A stretch of 33,886 bases of DNA from IMG/VR virus record IMGVR_UViG_3300014167_000007, positions 1-33,886 of that record. One strand, given 5' to 3'. Under the pieces are notes generated by a model that made no database searches, was not told the origin of the DNA, and worked only from the letters and a program-made list of their open reading frames with translations. This DNA comes from a virus (lineage: Duplodnaviria; Caudoviricetes). Shown here piece by piece: positions 16,524-26,251 of this stretch (within the stretch, counting starts at the first letter, position 1; every line of letters starts with the position of its first letter). Made by a program: the position numbers and the translations under genes.

Positions 16524-17021
16524 ATGGCTACTGCACCAGTTTTCAGAGGTTACGCAACGATTACCGGCATTGCTGAGGCGGCCACTTTCGATTGCTTGAT
16601 TGCCGGACCACCGACTTCCTCAGTCCTTATACAATCCGCCAAGGGGACTCAGGAATGGGATGAGGAAGTAATCAAGGACAGTCAGGGTTACGACGCGCTT
16701 TGGATCATGCGCAATGAACGAGAAATGCTGGACATAGACATGTTTATTGTCGGCACATCAGCGGCAATCGCCGCAGTCCCATTCCAGGCTTCTGGCTCTG
16801 CTGGTGCTTTGATTTCCGCGCTTGGCACCGCTCCGTTCCTAGGGCCGGGCTCCATTCTCACGCTTTCAGGATTCATCCCCACGGCATTTAACGGTGTGTT
16901 CCGGGTGATGAGCGGCGGGGCAACCGACCTGACGAATACTACCGCGTGGAAATATTCGCTCAAGCTGCTCAAATACGCTTCCTCAGCTCAGAACACGGCA
17001 ATGGCCGTCATTCCTTCATAA
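16524..17021 (+). CDS. Major tail tube protein (probable)
   Basis: 165 aa, beta-rich, own promoter motif, two genes before tape measure. Confidence 0.65.
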   Translation: MATAPVFRGYATITGIAEAATFDCLIAGPPTSSVLIQSAKGTQEWDEEVIKDSQGYDALWIMRNEREMLDIDMFIVGTSAAIAAVPFQASGSAGALISALGTAPFLGPGSILTLSGFIPTAFNGVFRVMSGGATDLTNTTAWKYSLKLLKYASSAQNTAMAVIPS

Positions 17022-17026
17022 AATCC

Positions 17027-17608
17027 ATGAATGCACTCGCGTTTGCCGACGCGGCGCGGCCTACGCGGTGCGTTATTCTCCGGCTCCCGATGATGGACTA
17101 CTCCATCGGCCACGAGCTTTTGCTTCTGCACGAGCGCAACGCCTTGATCGTCCCGGACGATTCAGCCACGGATGAGACCTATCGTTTTGCCATCCTGCGG
17201 GCCGTGATGATCTGCTCGCGGTCATGGGAGGAAAATCAGCGTCCGATGCGCTGGCGCCGGGTCTGGAGCTGGCTGGCGCGGCGCTGTGACCTGGCCGCGG
17301 CAATCCAGGCATTCCGGGAATATCGACTGGCGGGCGTGTCCATGCCGGAAGTGAAGCCGATTCCGGGCGAGAAAGGCCGGGCGCTTGGCGGACCTCACCT
17401 TGCCCGCGTGCTCGAATTCGCGATGCGTTTGCGTGGGCAGGAGGCTTTTGACATGCCGTTCGGACTGGCGCAGTGGCTCTACTATTGCGGCGCGGAATCG
17501 GAAGGGGCCTGCATGATGCTGAGTGACGAAGAGAGAGAGATGGAGTCCGCGAAGGATGCTTTGATTGCGGAAATCCGCAAGGAGAAGGAGGCAAAATGGC
17601 CGGCTTGA
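17027..17608 (+). CDS. Tail assembly chaperone (probable)
   Basis: Between tube and tape measure; C-terminal 'AFDMPFGLA' like TAC proteins. Confidence 0.6.
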   Translation: MNALAFADAARPTRCVILRLPMMDYSIGHELLLLHERNALIVPDDSATDETYRFAILRAVMICSRSWEENQRPMRWRRVWSWLARRCDLAAAIQAFREYRLAGVSMPEVKPIPGEKGRALGGPHLARVLEFAMRLRGQEAFDMPFGLAQWLYYCGAESEGACMMLSDEEREMESAKDALIAEIRKEKEAKWPA

Positions 17609-19203
17609 TGGCCATCATCGGGGCGAACGCGGATCCCATGCGCCGGGAATTCAAGGAGGTTGAGCGCATGGCAATGCGGACGGGAAGAGCCATCCAGACA
17701 AGCATGGGAGGTTCACCTCTTGGGCATGGCGCCCGCGGCGGTGTGATTGGTGAAACACTCGTTCTGTTTCGTGAACTGGGACGTGGAAATTTTGCGAGAA
17801 TTCCCGGATCATTGACCATCCTCATTCAGCGGCTTGGCATTCTAAAATACGTGTTCAAGGACACCGCCGTCGCCGCAAATGCTCTAGCGACCGCACAGGA
17901 AGCGCAGGCGGCCAAAGCCATGCTGGCAGCGGCTGCGGCGAAAGAGGTTGTTCGCCGGAATGAGGCTAACGCGGCGACGATGCTTCGATTGAAGGAATCG
18001 GAGATTGCCGTGATGGCGGCCGACCGGGCGAAAGCGGCATCAGCGCTCCAAGTAGCTGAAGCTGAAAGAGTGCAGGCCGTGGCGGCAAGGCAGGCCGCCG
18101 TGGCCACTCAAGAACTTGGCGTCGCCTCGCGCTTTTCACTTGGTCCGATTGGCTGGATTATCATCGGAGTCACCGCGCTGGCAACCGCTCTTTACTTCAC
18201 TTGGAAGCACATCAAAACCACCACTGAACAGGCTCGAACTCTCCGGGATATGCTCGACGTGGCGAACGTGAAATTCACGGATCAGGCGGAGATAATGAAG
18301 GACCATGCCATTGCTGCTCAGTCGAATGTGGACTGGCTTAACAAGCTGGCCGAAGCGCAGGAAGGAGTTGCCGATGCAACTGAAGATGCTTTGAAAGCGC
18401 AGCGTGAGCAGTTCAAATATCAGCGCGAACTGGCAGAACACAAAGGCGCATCCAAAAAGCAACTGGCTCAGATGGACATCGCTGAGGCTCAAAAAGAGTT
18501 AGACATTGTAAATGAGGCCAAGCTCAAAGCCCGCCGCCAGCTTGAGATTGACAAGTCCGAAGAGCAGAAGGCATTCGACGCGGCAAACAACGATCATCGT
18601 TCGGGGAGAATAAAAACCCTCAATGAGCGGAGTCATGGCATGGGCTCTGTGATTGATGACATTCAGAGACAGATGCGCGACGCCGGGACGATGCGGGTGA
18701 TTGATGAAGCTGCTTCGCGAATCTCCGCAACGGCGGGCGGTGGTCCAGTTTACAAATATCGCGCCGCCAATGCTGACGACAAGTTCACTGTGAAGGTTGA
18801 CGGCAAGGAAGTGCAGATGAGTTTGAATGAGGCTAAGGAGGCTTGGACCAATATGACCCGGCAGGCGGAGAAACTGGAGAAGGTGCAGAAGGAGCTTGCC
18901 GACATTCTCGAATCAAAAAAGAAGCTGACCGAAAAGGAAAACGAGTCAGTATTAAAGCTTCAGCGGGAATCTCAGGAACTCGCCTCAGACCTGGCACTGA
19001 AAAAGAAATACCTGCCTCAGTTGTCGGACATCGGCTCATTCAAACATGGCCATGTAAACGCGCTACAACAAATCGGCGGCTATGCCGCACCGGCGGTGGA
19101 CATCCAGAGGGGGATGCTGCATCACCTGGCCAACATCGACCGCAACACCAGCCGGGGAACGGCAACGGCCGGCGCAACCCATGAAAGGGGAGTGAGGTTC
19201 TAA
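17596..19203 (+). CDS. Tape measure protein (short, 535 aa)
   Basis: Ala-rich helical/coiled coil, 'GPIGWIIIGVTALA' TM segment, position. Confidence 0.8.
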   Translation: MAGLMAIIGANADPMRREFKEVERMAMRTGRAIQTSMGGSPLGHGARGGVIGETLVLFRELGRGNFARIPGSLTILIQRLGILKYVFKDTAVAANALATAQEAQAAKAMLAAAAAKEVVRRNEANAATMLRLKESEIAVMAADRAKAASALQVAEAERVQAVAARQAAVATQELGVASRFSLGPIGWIIIGVTALATALYFTWKHIKTTTEQARTLRDMLDVANVKFTDQAEIMKDHAIAAQSNVDWLNKLAEAQEGVADATEDALKAQREQFKYQRELAEHKGASKKQLAQMDIAEAQKELDIVNEAKLKARRQLEIDKSEEQKAFDAANNDHRSGRIKTLNERSHGMGSVIDDIQRQMRDAGTMRVIDEAASRISATAGGGPVYKYRAANADDKFTVKVDGKEVQMSLNEAKEAWTNMTRQAEKLEKVQKELADILESKKKLTEKENESVLKLQRESQELASDLALKKKYLPQLSDIGSFKHGHVNALQQIGGYAAPAVDIQRGMLHHLANIDRNTSRGTATAGATHERGVRF

Positions 19204-20006
19204 TGCTACCAATCATTCGAGGCACCGGAACACCGCTCCAGCAGGAAGCGTCCCAGTCTTACGACCCCATACATGGATGGCTCTACAGCTATCATTTCAA
19301 GGGCGCGAACGTAACCCAAGTTCTGCAACTGCAAACCGATTACGCGAATCTGGGAATGCCTTCGCGGCTGGTGGCGCATCAAGGCGGAATGGTGAGTTTG
19401 GACGTGGAAGACCCAACGCAACAATTCACCGTGGACTCATGGGAACTGGTGGGGAGCGAGATTAATATCGACGGATTCAGCCATCCTACTTTGCTGGCCA
19501 TCTTCGCCAACAGCCCGAACGCAATTGCGAGCCTGCGTCAGGACCTGGAAAACAACAAGACCGTGACCCAGCTTAAATCGGACCTCGCGGCGGTGGGACT
19601 CTCCGCCGGTAATGTGGCAACGGTGTCCGCCTTTTACTCATTGGCTCAGGCAGGCTCAACAGAATTCCGCGTGGCGCAATACGTGGTTCGCCACACGTCA
19701 AACCTGCCAAACCGCGGCACAACGGCCCAGGCAATCTACACGCACGGCGTGAATCAAATCTACACGCCCGCGCAGGGACTGGCGGACTTCACCGCCTCAG
19801 CTTGGAGCCCGGCCATGCCCACCGTCATCGTGAACACGATCGAAGCCATTCCTGCACCCGCCGACATCGACCGATACCAATGGGGCTGGCTTAAGGGGAG
19901 TCCGACGTTCACGAGCGCGGCGAATAACCGGGTGGACGTGAAACAGGAATACACCCTCTATCAGTGGTCCACTGATTACTACACGCCACTCGTGTCATCA
20001 TCATGA
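19203..20006 (+). CDS. Distal tail / tail tip protein (by position)
   Basis: TAATG overlap after tape measure. Confidence 0.6.
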   Translation: MLPIIRGTGTPLQQEASQSYDPIHGWLYSYHFKGANVTQVLQLQTDYANLGMPSRLVAHQGGMVSLDVEDPTQQFTVDSWELVGSEINIDGFSHPTLLAIFANSPNAIASLRQDLENNKTVTQLKSDLAAVGLSAGNVATVSAFYSLAQAGSTEFRVAQYVVRHTSNLPNRGTTAQAIYTHGVNQIYTPAQGLADFTASAWSPAMPTVIVNTIEAIPAPADIDRYQWGWLKGSPTFTSAANNRVDVKQEYTLYQWSTDYYTPLVSSS

Positions 20007-20590
20007 GCCGACCGCTAAGACCCACGGGCCAGACCCCGGAAGCCAATTACATGAAATGGGTCTGGGATGAGCTGAACAAGCAGTTTCAGAATTCCTCCAC
20101 CATCAGCGTGGACCGGAAGAGCAATGGGTATTCATGGAACGTAATCAATCCTTTGCCGGGCGGTGGATCATCTCCGGCGGGTGTCCGGGTGCTGACTTTC
20201 AACTATTCACTCGGTGATTACTTCACGACGACTGAGAATGTCAACGTCGCGAAGCCCTACAAGCTGCGATGCTCCATCGCTTCCGAGTTGATTTACGGAA
20301 CGCCAGTCAGTTATTCCTACCCTCACAACCCGTCCGGAGGCCGGGGAACCGACCCTCTCGGGCTGGCCTATCTGTATCGCGTGGCGACGATTAACGGATT
20401 GTTCGTAGAGAACGAGGGGGTCTGCCCGCAATACATTCAGGGAGATAAAATTCTCGCCATCGAGGTGCCCGGCGGGACCGGTGTGGGAACTGACGTGGCG
20501 GATTACGGAAGCGTGGTTCCGGTCACCTGGCAGCAAATCAGCACCGCACAGGCATGGACCCGTTTTGCGGATCAAACTTTTGGAACATGA
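20003..20590 (+). CDS. Tail tip region protein
   Basis: ATGA overlap; in tail operon. Confidence 0.65.
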   Translation: MSRPLRPTGQTPEANYMKWVWDELNKQFQNSSTISVDRKSNGYSWNVINPLPGGGSSPAGVRVLTFNYSLGDYFTTTENVNVAKPYKLRCSIASELIYGTPVSYSYPHNPSGGRGTDPLGLAYLYRVATINGLFVENEGVCPQYIQGDKILAIEVPGGTGVGTDVADYGSVVPVTWQQISTAQAWTRFADQTFGT

Positions 20591-20591
20591 T

Positions 20592-21359
20592 ATGGCAATC
20601 GACGGCGCGGAAACGGGATGCTTTGGGGGATCTGGAATGAACCCGGCGACCAAGCCGGATAGCGGCGGCCTGTGGTTCATAGAAAGCCCCGGTCATGCCC
20701 GCGACGTAAACAACATGCCGGTGAATTCCTCATGGGATTTCTTCCTGAATGGCGGCACCGCATTCACCAGTTACAATGGGGCCGATCCTGCTTACAGCTA
20801 CGATTTGGGCGGATTCCTGCTTCCCCCATTCATCGCCACACCGCCCAATCCATCGACCGATCCTTTCAGGATGATCCTTGGACCTGGATGGTTCAACGTG
20901 CCTGCGAACCAGCTTTCATCGTCTGTTTACGCCGGTGACTACCCCGTGCCGAACGCGCGCTGGGGACTGGGCAGCAACGCGATCGTGCGCCTGATGCAGA
21001 TAATGTATCCGGGGCTTTATGAATGCCACATTCAAGTCCAATCGTTTTCCTCAATAAGCACCGTTCCTTACGTGACAACGAAGGCGGTGCCGGTCCCGTG
21101 TTCACTGCAAATCGTGAGCCCGGACGGCCGGCATATCGTGGATGTGACGCCCTCCGGACTGGACGTGAGCGGAAACGGACCCGACATTATTTTTCAGTTT
21201 GACTCCCGGGTCATTCTCGGTTCTGAAATAGGCTTTGGAACCGGGCTGGGTTTCTTCCCGCAAATCAACATGGGGCCGTTCTCAGACCCCGGCATCGGGG
21301 GAAGCACCACGGCGTTTTACAACGGAGCGGCCCGTTTCATCGGAGCAAAGATTGCCTGA
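20592..21359 (+). CDS. Tail tip region protein (Gly/Pro/aromatic-rich)
   Basis: ATG 1 nt after upstream stop. Confidence 0.65.
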   Translation: MAIDGAETGCFGGSGMNPATKPDSGGLWFIESPGHARDVNNMPVNSSWDFFLNGGTAFTSYNGADPAYSYDLGGFLLPPFIATPPNPSTDPFRMILGPGWFNVPANQLSSSVYAGDYPVPNARWGLGSNAIVRLMQIMYPGLYECHIQVQSFSSISTVPYVTTKAVPVPCSLQIVSPDGRHIVDVTPSGLDVSGNGPDIIFQFDSRVILGSEIGFGTGLGFFPQINMGPFSDPGIGGSTTAFYNGAARFIGAKIA

Positions 21360-21380
21360 TTGACTTCAACCCAATATTGA
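21360..21380 (+). promoter_or_regulatory. Late-promoter-like motif, copy 5
   Basis: TTGACTT-CAACC-CAATAT-TGA (one base shorter) in the 25-bp gap before ATG 21385. Confidence 0.6.
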
Positions 21381-21384
21381 GCTT

Positions 21385-22035
21385 ATGCCGCAACTAAATC
21401 TCTTCATCGACACCACCGTGCAAGGCGGCCAGCTTCTGGCGTCACAGACCAGTTCCAGCCCGATCAATGCGGCTTCCCTGCCATTCCAATACGGCGACAC
21501 CATCTCCCTGCAGGTTTACCTCCTGACGCGGATTGCCAATCCGAACGGGCCGGGGACCATCCTGAGCGGAATTTCGACGGTGGGCATCAGCCTTCAGGTT
21601 TACTTGTGCGACACGCTTTCCTCAACGGTTTACACGCAGCAGATCGTCTGGACAACCGACCCGAACAATTCCTATTTCATTGGGAACCTGGCATTGAACA
21701 CTACGGGATTGCTCGAGCTGCTCGGCGGCGGGGCATCCCCGATGCTGGCGAGCGCTCAGTGCCAGTTGAAGATCAATTACGTGCAGAACGGCCTGCCGAC
21801 TACGGTTTACAACCAGACGGTGACCGTGGGAGTGGGCAGCCCGAACGCGGCGCAGAGCGTTCCCGCGGGGCTCACGCCGCTCTCGGTGCAGGTTGCGCAA
21901 AGTCTGTTCCTGCCGAAACAGCCCGTCAACGGGCAGGGCATCATTCTAGCATCGAATGCCGGGAAGCAATTCATTCTGCAAATCGTGGACAACCCGGACG
22001 GCACGGCCTCCTTTATCGCGAGCGAAATCACATGA
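21385..22035 (+). CDS. BppU-like baseplate / fibre-attachment protein
   Basis: 'FQYGDTISLQVYL' resembles the BppU N-terminal domain; precedes fibre genes; no signal peptide. Confidence 0.55.
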   Translation: MPQLNLFIDTTVQGGQLLASQTSSSPINAASLPFQYGDTISLQVYLLTRIANPNGPGTILSGISTVGISLQVYLCDTLSSTVYTQQIVWTTDPNNSYFIGNLALNTTGLLELLGGGASPMLASAQCQLKINYVQNGLPTTVYNQTVTVGVGSPNAAQSVPAGLTPLSVQVAQSLFLPKQPVNGQGIILASNAGKQFILQIVDNPDGTASFIASEIT

Positions 22036-23450
22036 TGAAAACCCTACTCTCCATCCTATTTTTGGCCCTGGTATGCCTCACGAGCGAAGCGCAGATCATC
22101 ACCGCAACCGTTACGGTCACCAATGTAGCAGGCATCACGAATGGTTCGACCATCGTGGTGAACGGCAACACGCGGCTGTTCACGAACAACGTCACCAGCC
22201 CGTCAACGCAGATCACCAACGCGGCCAGCATTGGGCAGGGAGCGACAAACATCTGGATTGCCTACGTGCTGAATGGCGCGCCGCAGATCAATGTTTTCCA
22301 GAGCGGCACAAACGCGATCATCTTCCAATCGTTCAACGGTTCGCCGAACGTCATCACCATCGGTGGCACGTTCGGGACAGTCACAACCACAACCTCGAAT
22401 CCGACAAACGGATGGGTGGTGCGCGTGCCCAAGACAGTGGAAGGGGCGAACCAGCGGACGAACGTGTCAAGCGCATTGGTTTCGTGGATCGATGATGGAA
22501 CATATGTCACCAACATCATTTCCCAGGGCTCGGTGGCGCTGTCGAATTATGTGAACACGGGCAACTCGCAGGTCATTTACGGCGCGAAGAATTTCACAGG
22601 CGGATTGAGCGGCACGGGCGGGACGCTGACGAATGCCAACTTCCTGAATCCGTCTCTGACCAATGGCTACAACTATGGCACGCCGTTCAGATCCCCGGGC
22701 AGCGGATTGTATTCCGAGCAATTCGGATCGAATGCGGTTGCGTCGGCTCAGGGTGCCACGGCGCTCGGGAATCATGCCACGGCAACCAATACCTACTCAC
22801 TGGCCGTCGGACAGACCGCAAACGCTCCGGGAAATTCCGCCACGGCCCTTGGCGCGTTCACGGCTGCCACCGGGGCGTCGTCAACGGCTCTCGGCGTGAA
22901 TGCTCAGGCTTCCCAAACAGATTCGATTGCCATCGGTGACTTGGCGATTTCTCAAAACTCCACTGCCGTCGCGCTTGGGGCCGGTGCGACCACAACGGCC
23001 AACAATCAGCTTCGTTTCGGGACCGGCTCGGAATTCGTCAGCATCCCCGGCGGCTTGCAAGTGGAAGGCAGCATCACCAACTCGCATTTCGTGGGAACGA
23101 ACACGCTGGCGGGTGACCTGTCATTCAGCCGGGCCAACAATTCGAGCTTGGCCAACGGAAACAACGCCGCGGTGAACGTCTCAACCAACCTCTATGTGAA
23201 GGTGTCCGGTCCAACCGGCTCCTTCGCGATCAATGGCATTGCGGGCGGCCGGGATGGCCGGCTCATCATCCTGCAAAACTCGACGGGTCAGACCATGACC
23301 ATCTCGAATGATTCCGGCAGTGACCCCACGGCGGCGAACCGGATTTACACCGGCACGGGCGCAGACATTTCGCTGGCTAACAATCCCGGCTGTTGCACGC
23401 TGATTTATGATGCTTCAGTCACCCATTGGATCATCGTCTCGACGCACTGA
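22032..23450 (+). CDS. Signal-peptide-bearing fibre/adhesin with YadA-head (Hep_Hag) repeats
   Basis: MMKTLLSILFLALVCLTSEA|Q; 14-aa repeats ATALG/SLAVG/ATALG/STALG/SIAIG/AVALG. Confidence 0.75.
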   Translation: MMKTLLSILFLALVCLTSEAQIITATVTVTNVAGITNGSTIVVNGNTRLFTNNVTSPSTQITNAASIGQGATNIWIAYVLNGAPQINVFQSGTNAIIFQSFNGSPNVITIGGTFGTVTTTTSNPTNGWVVRVPKTVEGANQRTNVSSALVSWIDDGTYVTNIISQGSVALSNYVNTGNSQVIYGAKNFTGGLSGTGGTLTNANFLNPSLTNGYNYGTPFRSPGSGLYSEQFGSNAVASAQGATALGNHATATNTYSLAVGQTANAPGNSATALGAFTAATGASSTALGVNAQASQTDSIAIGDLAISQNSTAVALGAGATTTANNQLRFGTGSEFVSIPGGLQVEGSITNSHFVGTNTLAGDLSFSRANNSSLANGNNAAVNVSTNLYVKVSGPTGSFAINGIAGGRDGRLIILQNSTGQTMTISNDSGSDPTAANRIYTGTGADISLANNPGCCTLIYDASVTHWIIVSTH

Positions 23451-23455
23451 CGCCC

Positions 23456-26251
23456 ATGAAAACCTACCTAAAATCCCCGCTCCTTCTTGGTCTTGCATTG
23501 CTGCTCTGCGCCGTTCCCTCAATGGCGCAGAGCGGCGTCAATGTCACCTACAATTTCACGGACTTCACCAGCGCTCCGCAGGCCATCAATCGGATCATCC
23601 TGACGCCGTTGCAGCCGTTCGCGGACTACAATGGAGCGATCCTGACTGCGGTTCCGATCACCGGCGTCACGGGGACAAACGGGAGCTATACCTATTCCAA
23701 CGTCATTCCGGGCTACACCTACCGGGTCGAACTGGACTCGGCTTACGCGGTGACCATCCGGACAAACGGGCTGCCATCCGGTCTGTCGAATACGAATGTG
23801 AATGCTCGGGATTTTCTGGGTGTGGCCGTTACGCCGCAAATCTTCGCCTATCTCTACTCGACAAATGGCGCACAACTGGCGGACATCACGAATGCGGTGA
23901 ATGCGCTCGCCGTGCTTCGGGTTAATGGCACGAGCACCGGACAGACTATTTACAACGGGTCGAGCAGCAATCAAGTCATCACCTTTGCGCAACTCGTGCC
24001 CACGAACGTCGTCCCGATTAGCGGCACGCTTTACATGACAAACGGGACGCACACGGTTACCGTGGTGGGAGGAAATTTCAACAGCGTCCGGCGCGGCTGG
24101 AACATTGGGTTTACGAACGGCATTCAGGATCAATACGTCGTGCTTGAAGTTGAGAACGCGACCAACCTGACTGTCTGGCCTGCAGTCTCGATAACTCATG
24201 GTGGTGATGCCACGGGCTTGTGGTATCCAAACGCCATCCAATTTAACGACATCACCCCGCGAGACGTGGGCGGCATCGGGAACGACGGAAGCTACTTCGT
24301 GCAGGGGCCGTCCGGCTCGACGAACAACTCGGGGAAGATATTCCTTGGAGGCGGCCAGCACACGATGATCCTGAGCAGCCAGCAGACCTTCGACGGCTAC
24401 CGTTTCCAAGTGCAGACGTTCAACGCGCAGTCGCCACTCGAAGTGGATGACCTCGCCGATGAGGATTCCTTGCGCGTGCTGAGCAACAGCGTCGTCAGCA
24501 TCAAACACGGGATCACCAACAAGGACGGCGGCGGGACGCTGACGCTTTACGGCCCCGTAGCCGCACCGCAGACGCTGACGGTTACCGGTTTATTGACGGC
24601 CAACGGCGGCCAGCTTCTTGGCACCGGACAGGCCATTCAATGGCTGGGCTCTGGAACCATCCTCAACCTGAACGGCGATTCCTCCCTCTACAACCCCACG
24701 GGCAGCGATCCCCTGAGCGGCTTCTGGAATTGGAACACCACGACCACCAACCAGGCCACGACCGCGCGTCTGTGGGACTTGGCGAACTTGCAGGCGACCG
24801 ATACGGCCGCCGTGCGAAATGCCACGAATACCACCGGCGTCATCACTGCCAATGGCTACCAGTTCCCCACGAACCTCTGGAGTGGACGCCTTTTCCCAAT
24901 TGGCACGAATTATCAAATCGTCACCTCGAGCAACCTGCTATTCACGGGCGTTGCCAACGTGCCGGCCGGAACGGCGGCGGCTTCCGGGGAGCTGATTGCG
25001 CTGGTGACCGGAGGCAACATCACCGTCACGAATCCGCTGAGCTGGTATTGCAACGATGGTTACACCAACCGCACGGGAACGAACGGCAACCTGCTCGTGA
25101 TGGCGATGGAAGTCGTCCCGGGTGTCTCGACGAATTTCATTTTCACGCAGCACGCGGCGACCGGGCAGGGCATGGGTCAGGGCTCGGGCGGTGGTGTTGG
25201 CGGCGGCGTGACTCCCACCTTCAACGTCAATCAATTCAGCAGCGGCAGCGGAGCCGACGGCACCAACATCGTCTCGAATGTCCTCCTGACGAACGTCAAC
25301 GCACATACGTTCTTCACGCAGACCAATGCCACGACCGGCAATCATTTCGATGTCACGCAGGGTGGCTTTGTGGCCACAAATGCGCAGACCGGACAAACCA
25401 TCCGCGGCACCAACGGCGTGCTGACCCTCGGAACCGGGACCTCGGCGACGATCACCGCCACGGGAAGCTCGGGTGACATTACCGCTTCAACGTTCACCGG
25501 CAGCGGAGCGAACCTCACCAGCCTGCCCGCGGGCAACCTTAGCGGATCAATTAACGATGGCCGACTGAGTGCCAACGTCGCACTTTACAACAGCACGGGC
25601 TATTTTTCCGCGCAGCAAAGTCTCACCAATCAGAACAACATCATTGCCGCCGCCAACATCACCAACTTCAACCTGAGCGCTTCATCCATTTCCGGTAGTG
25701 ACGCGAACAAGGCGGGAATTTCCTACAGTCTGGCTGGCGGTTTGAGCATTTCCGGAACGTCCCTGACCGCCGTCAACGTCACGAACAACATCCGGCATAC
25801 ACTGTTCAGTTCCGGGGCCATCGTTTCCAACAGTGGAACATCCGAAACCGCTTTCAGCACCAACACCATTCCCGCCGGAACGCTGGCCGCCAACGGCAAC
25901 GCAATCGACTACTGGATGGGGATTACGAACAATGGAACATCCGCCAAGACGTTCACCTATAACCTCTATTTCGGAACCACGAAGATAGCCTCGGCCACTC
26001 TCACCAGCCGGGCGACGGCAGAGCGCGGTGTGCTGCACGTCCAAGTGCAACGCACCGGAGCTTCGACCGAATACGGTTTTCTGGCGCTCAACATCGCCAC
26101 AGCCGGCGGCGCGAACCCGGATGAAACCATCGGCATTGGCAATGCGGCGGAGAACACTGCGAACGCCCTGGGCTTCTCAGTGACGTTTACATCCACCGGA
26201 TCGTCAGGCGACATCAACGGATGGTATGAGAAAGCGGAGTTTGTCCCGTGA
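23456..26251 (+). CDS. Large signal-peptide-bearing tail-fibre/adhesin-like protein (931 aa)
   Basis: MKTYLKSPLLLGLALLLCAVPSMA|Q; Thr/Asn/Gly-rich; 'FTGSGANLTSLPAGNLSG' fibre-shaft motif. Confidence 0.75.
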   Translation: MKTYLKSPLLLGLALLLCAVPSMAQSGVNVTYNFTDFTSAPQAINRIILTPLQPFADYNGAILTAVPITGVTGTNGSYTYSNVIPGYTYRVELDSAYAVTIRTNGLPSGLSNTNVNARDFLGVAVTPQIFAYLYSTNGAQLADITNAVNALAVLRVNGTSTGQTIYNGSSSNQVITFAQLVPTNVVPISGTLYMTNGTHTVTVVGGNFNSVRRGWNIGFTNGIQDQYVVLEVENATNLTVWPAVSITHGGDATGLWYPNAIQFNDITPRDVGGIGNDGSYFVQGPSGSTNNSGKIFLGGGQHTMILSSQQTFDGYRFQVQTFNAQSPLEVDDLADEDSLRVLSNSVVSIKHGITNKDGGGTLTLYGPVAAPQTLTVTGLLTANGGQLLGTGQAIQWLGSGTILNLNGDSSLYNPTGSDPLSGFWNWNTTTTNQATTARLWDLANLQATDTAAVRNATNTTGVITANGYQFPTNLWSGRLFPIGTNYQIVTSSNLLFTGVANVPAGTAAASGELIALVTGGNITVTNPLSWYCNDGYTNRTGTNGNLLVMAMEVVPGVSTNFIFTQHAATGQGMGQGSGGGVGGGVTPTFNVNQFSSGSGADGTNIVSNVLLTNVNAHTFFTQTNATTGNHFDVTQGGFVATNAQTGQTIRGTNGVLTLGTGTSATITATGSSGDITASTFTGSGANLTSLPAGNLSGSINDGRLSANVALYNSTGYFSAQQSLTNQNNIIAAANITNFNLSASSISGSDANKAGISYSLAGGLSISGTSLTAVNVTNNIRHTLFSSGAIVSNSGTSETAFSTNTIPAGTLAANGNAIDYWMGITNNGTSAKTFTYNLYFGTTKIASATLTSRATAERGVLHVQVQRTGASTEYGFLALNIATAGGANPDETIGIGNAAENTANALGFSVTFTSTGSSGDINGWYEKAEFVP

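Noticed and set aside
17021-17608. Programmed frameshift in the tail assembly chaperone
   Set aside because: A single ORF spans tube to tape measure, so no second frame is needed, and I saw no clear slippery site
23456-26251. About 22 N-x-S/T sequons suggesting classical N-glycosylation
   Set aside because: Roughly the number expected from the high Asn and Ser/Thr content; the directional TN bias is the real anomaly
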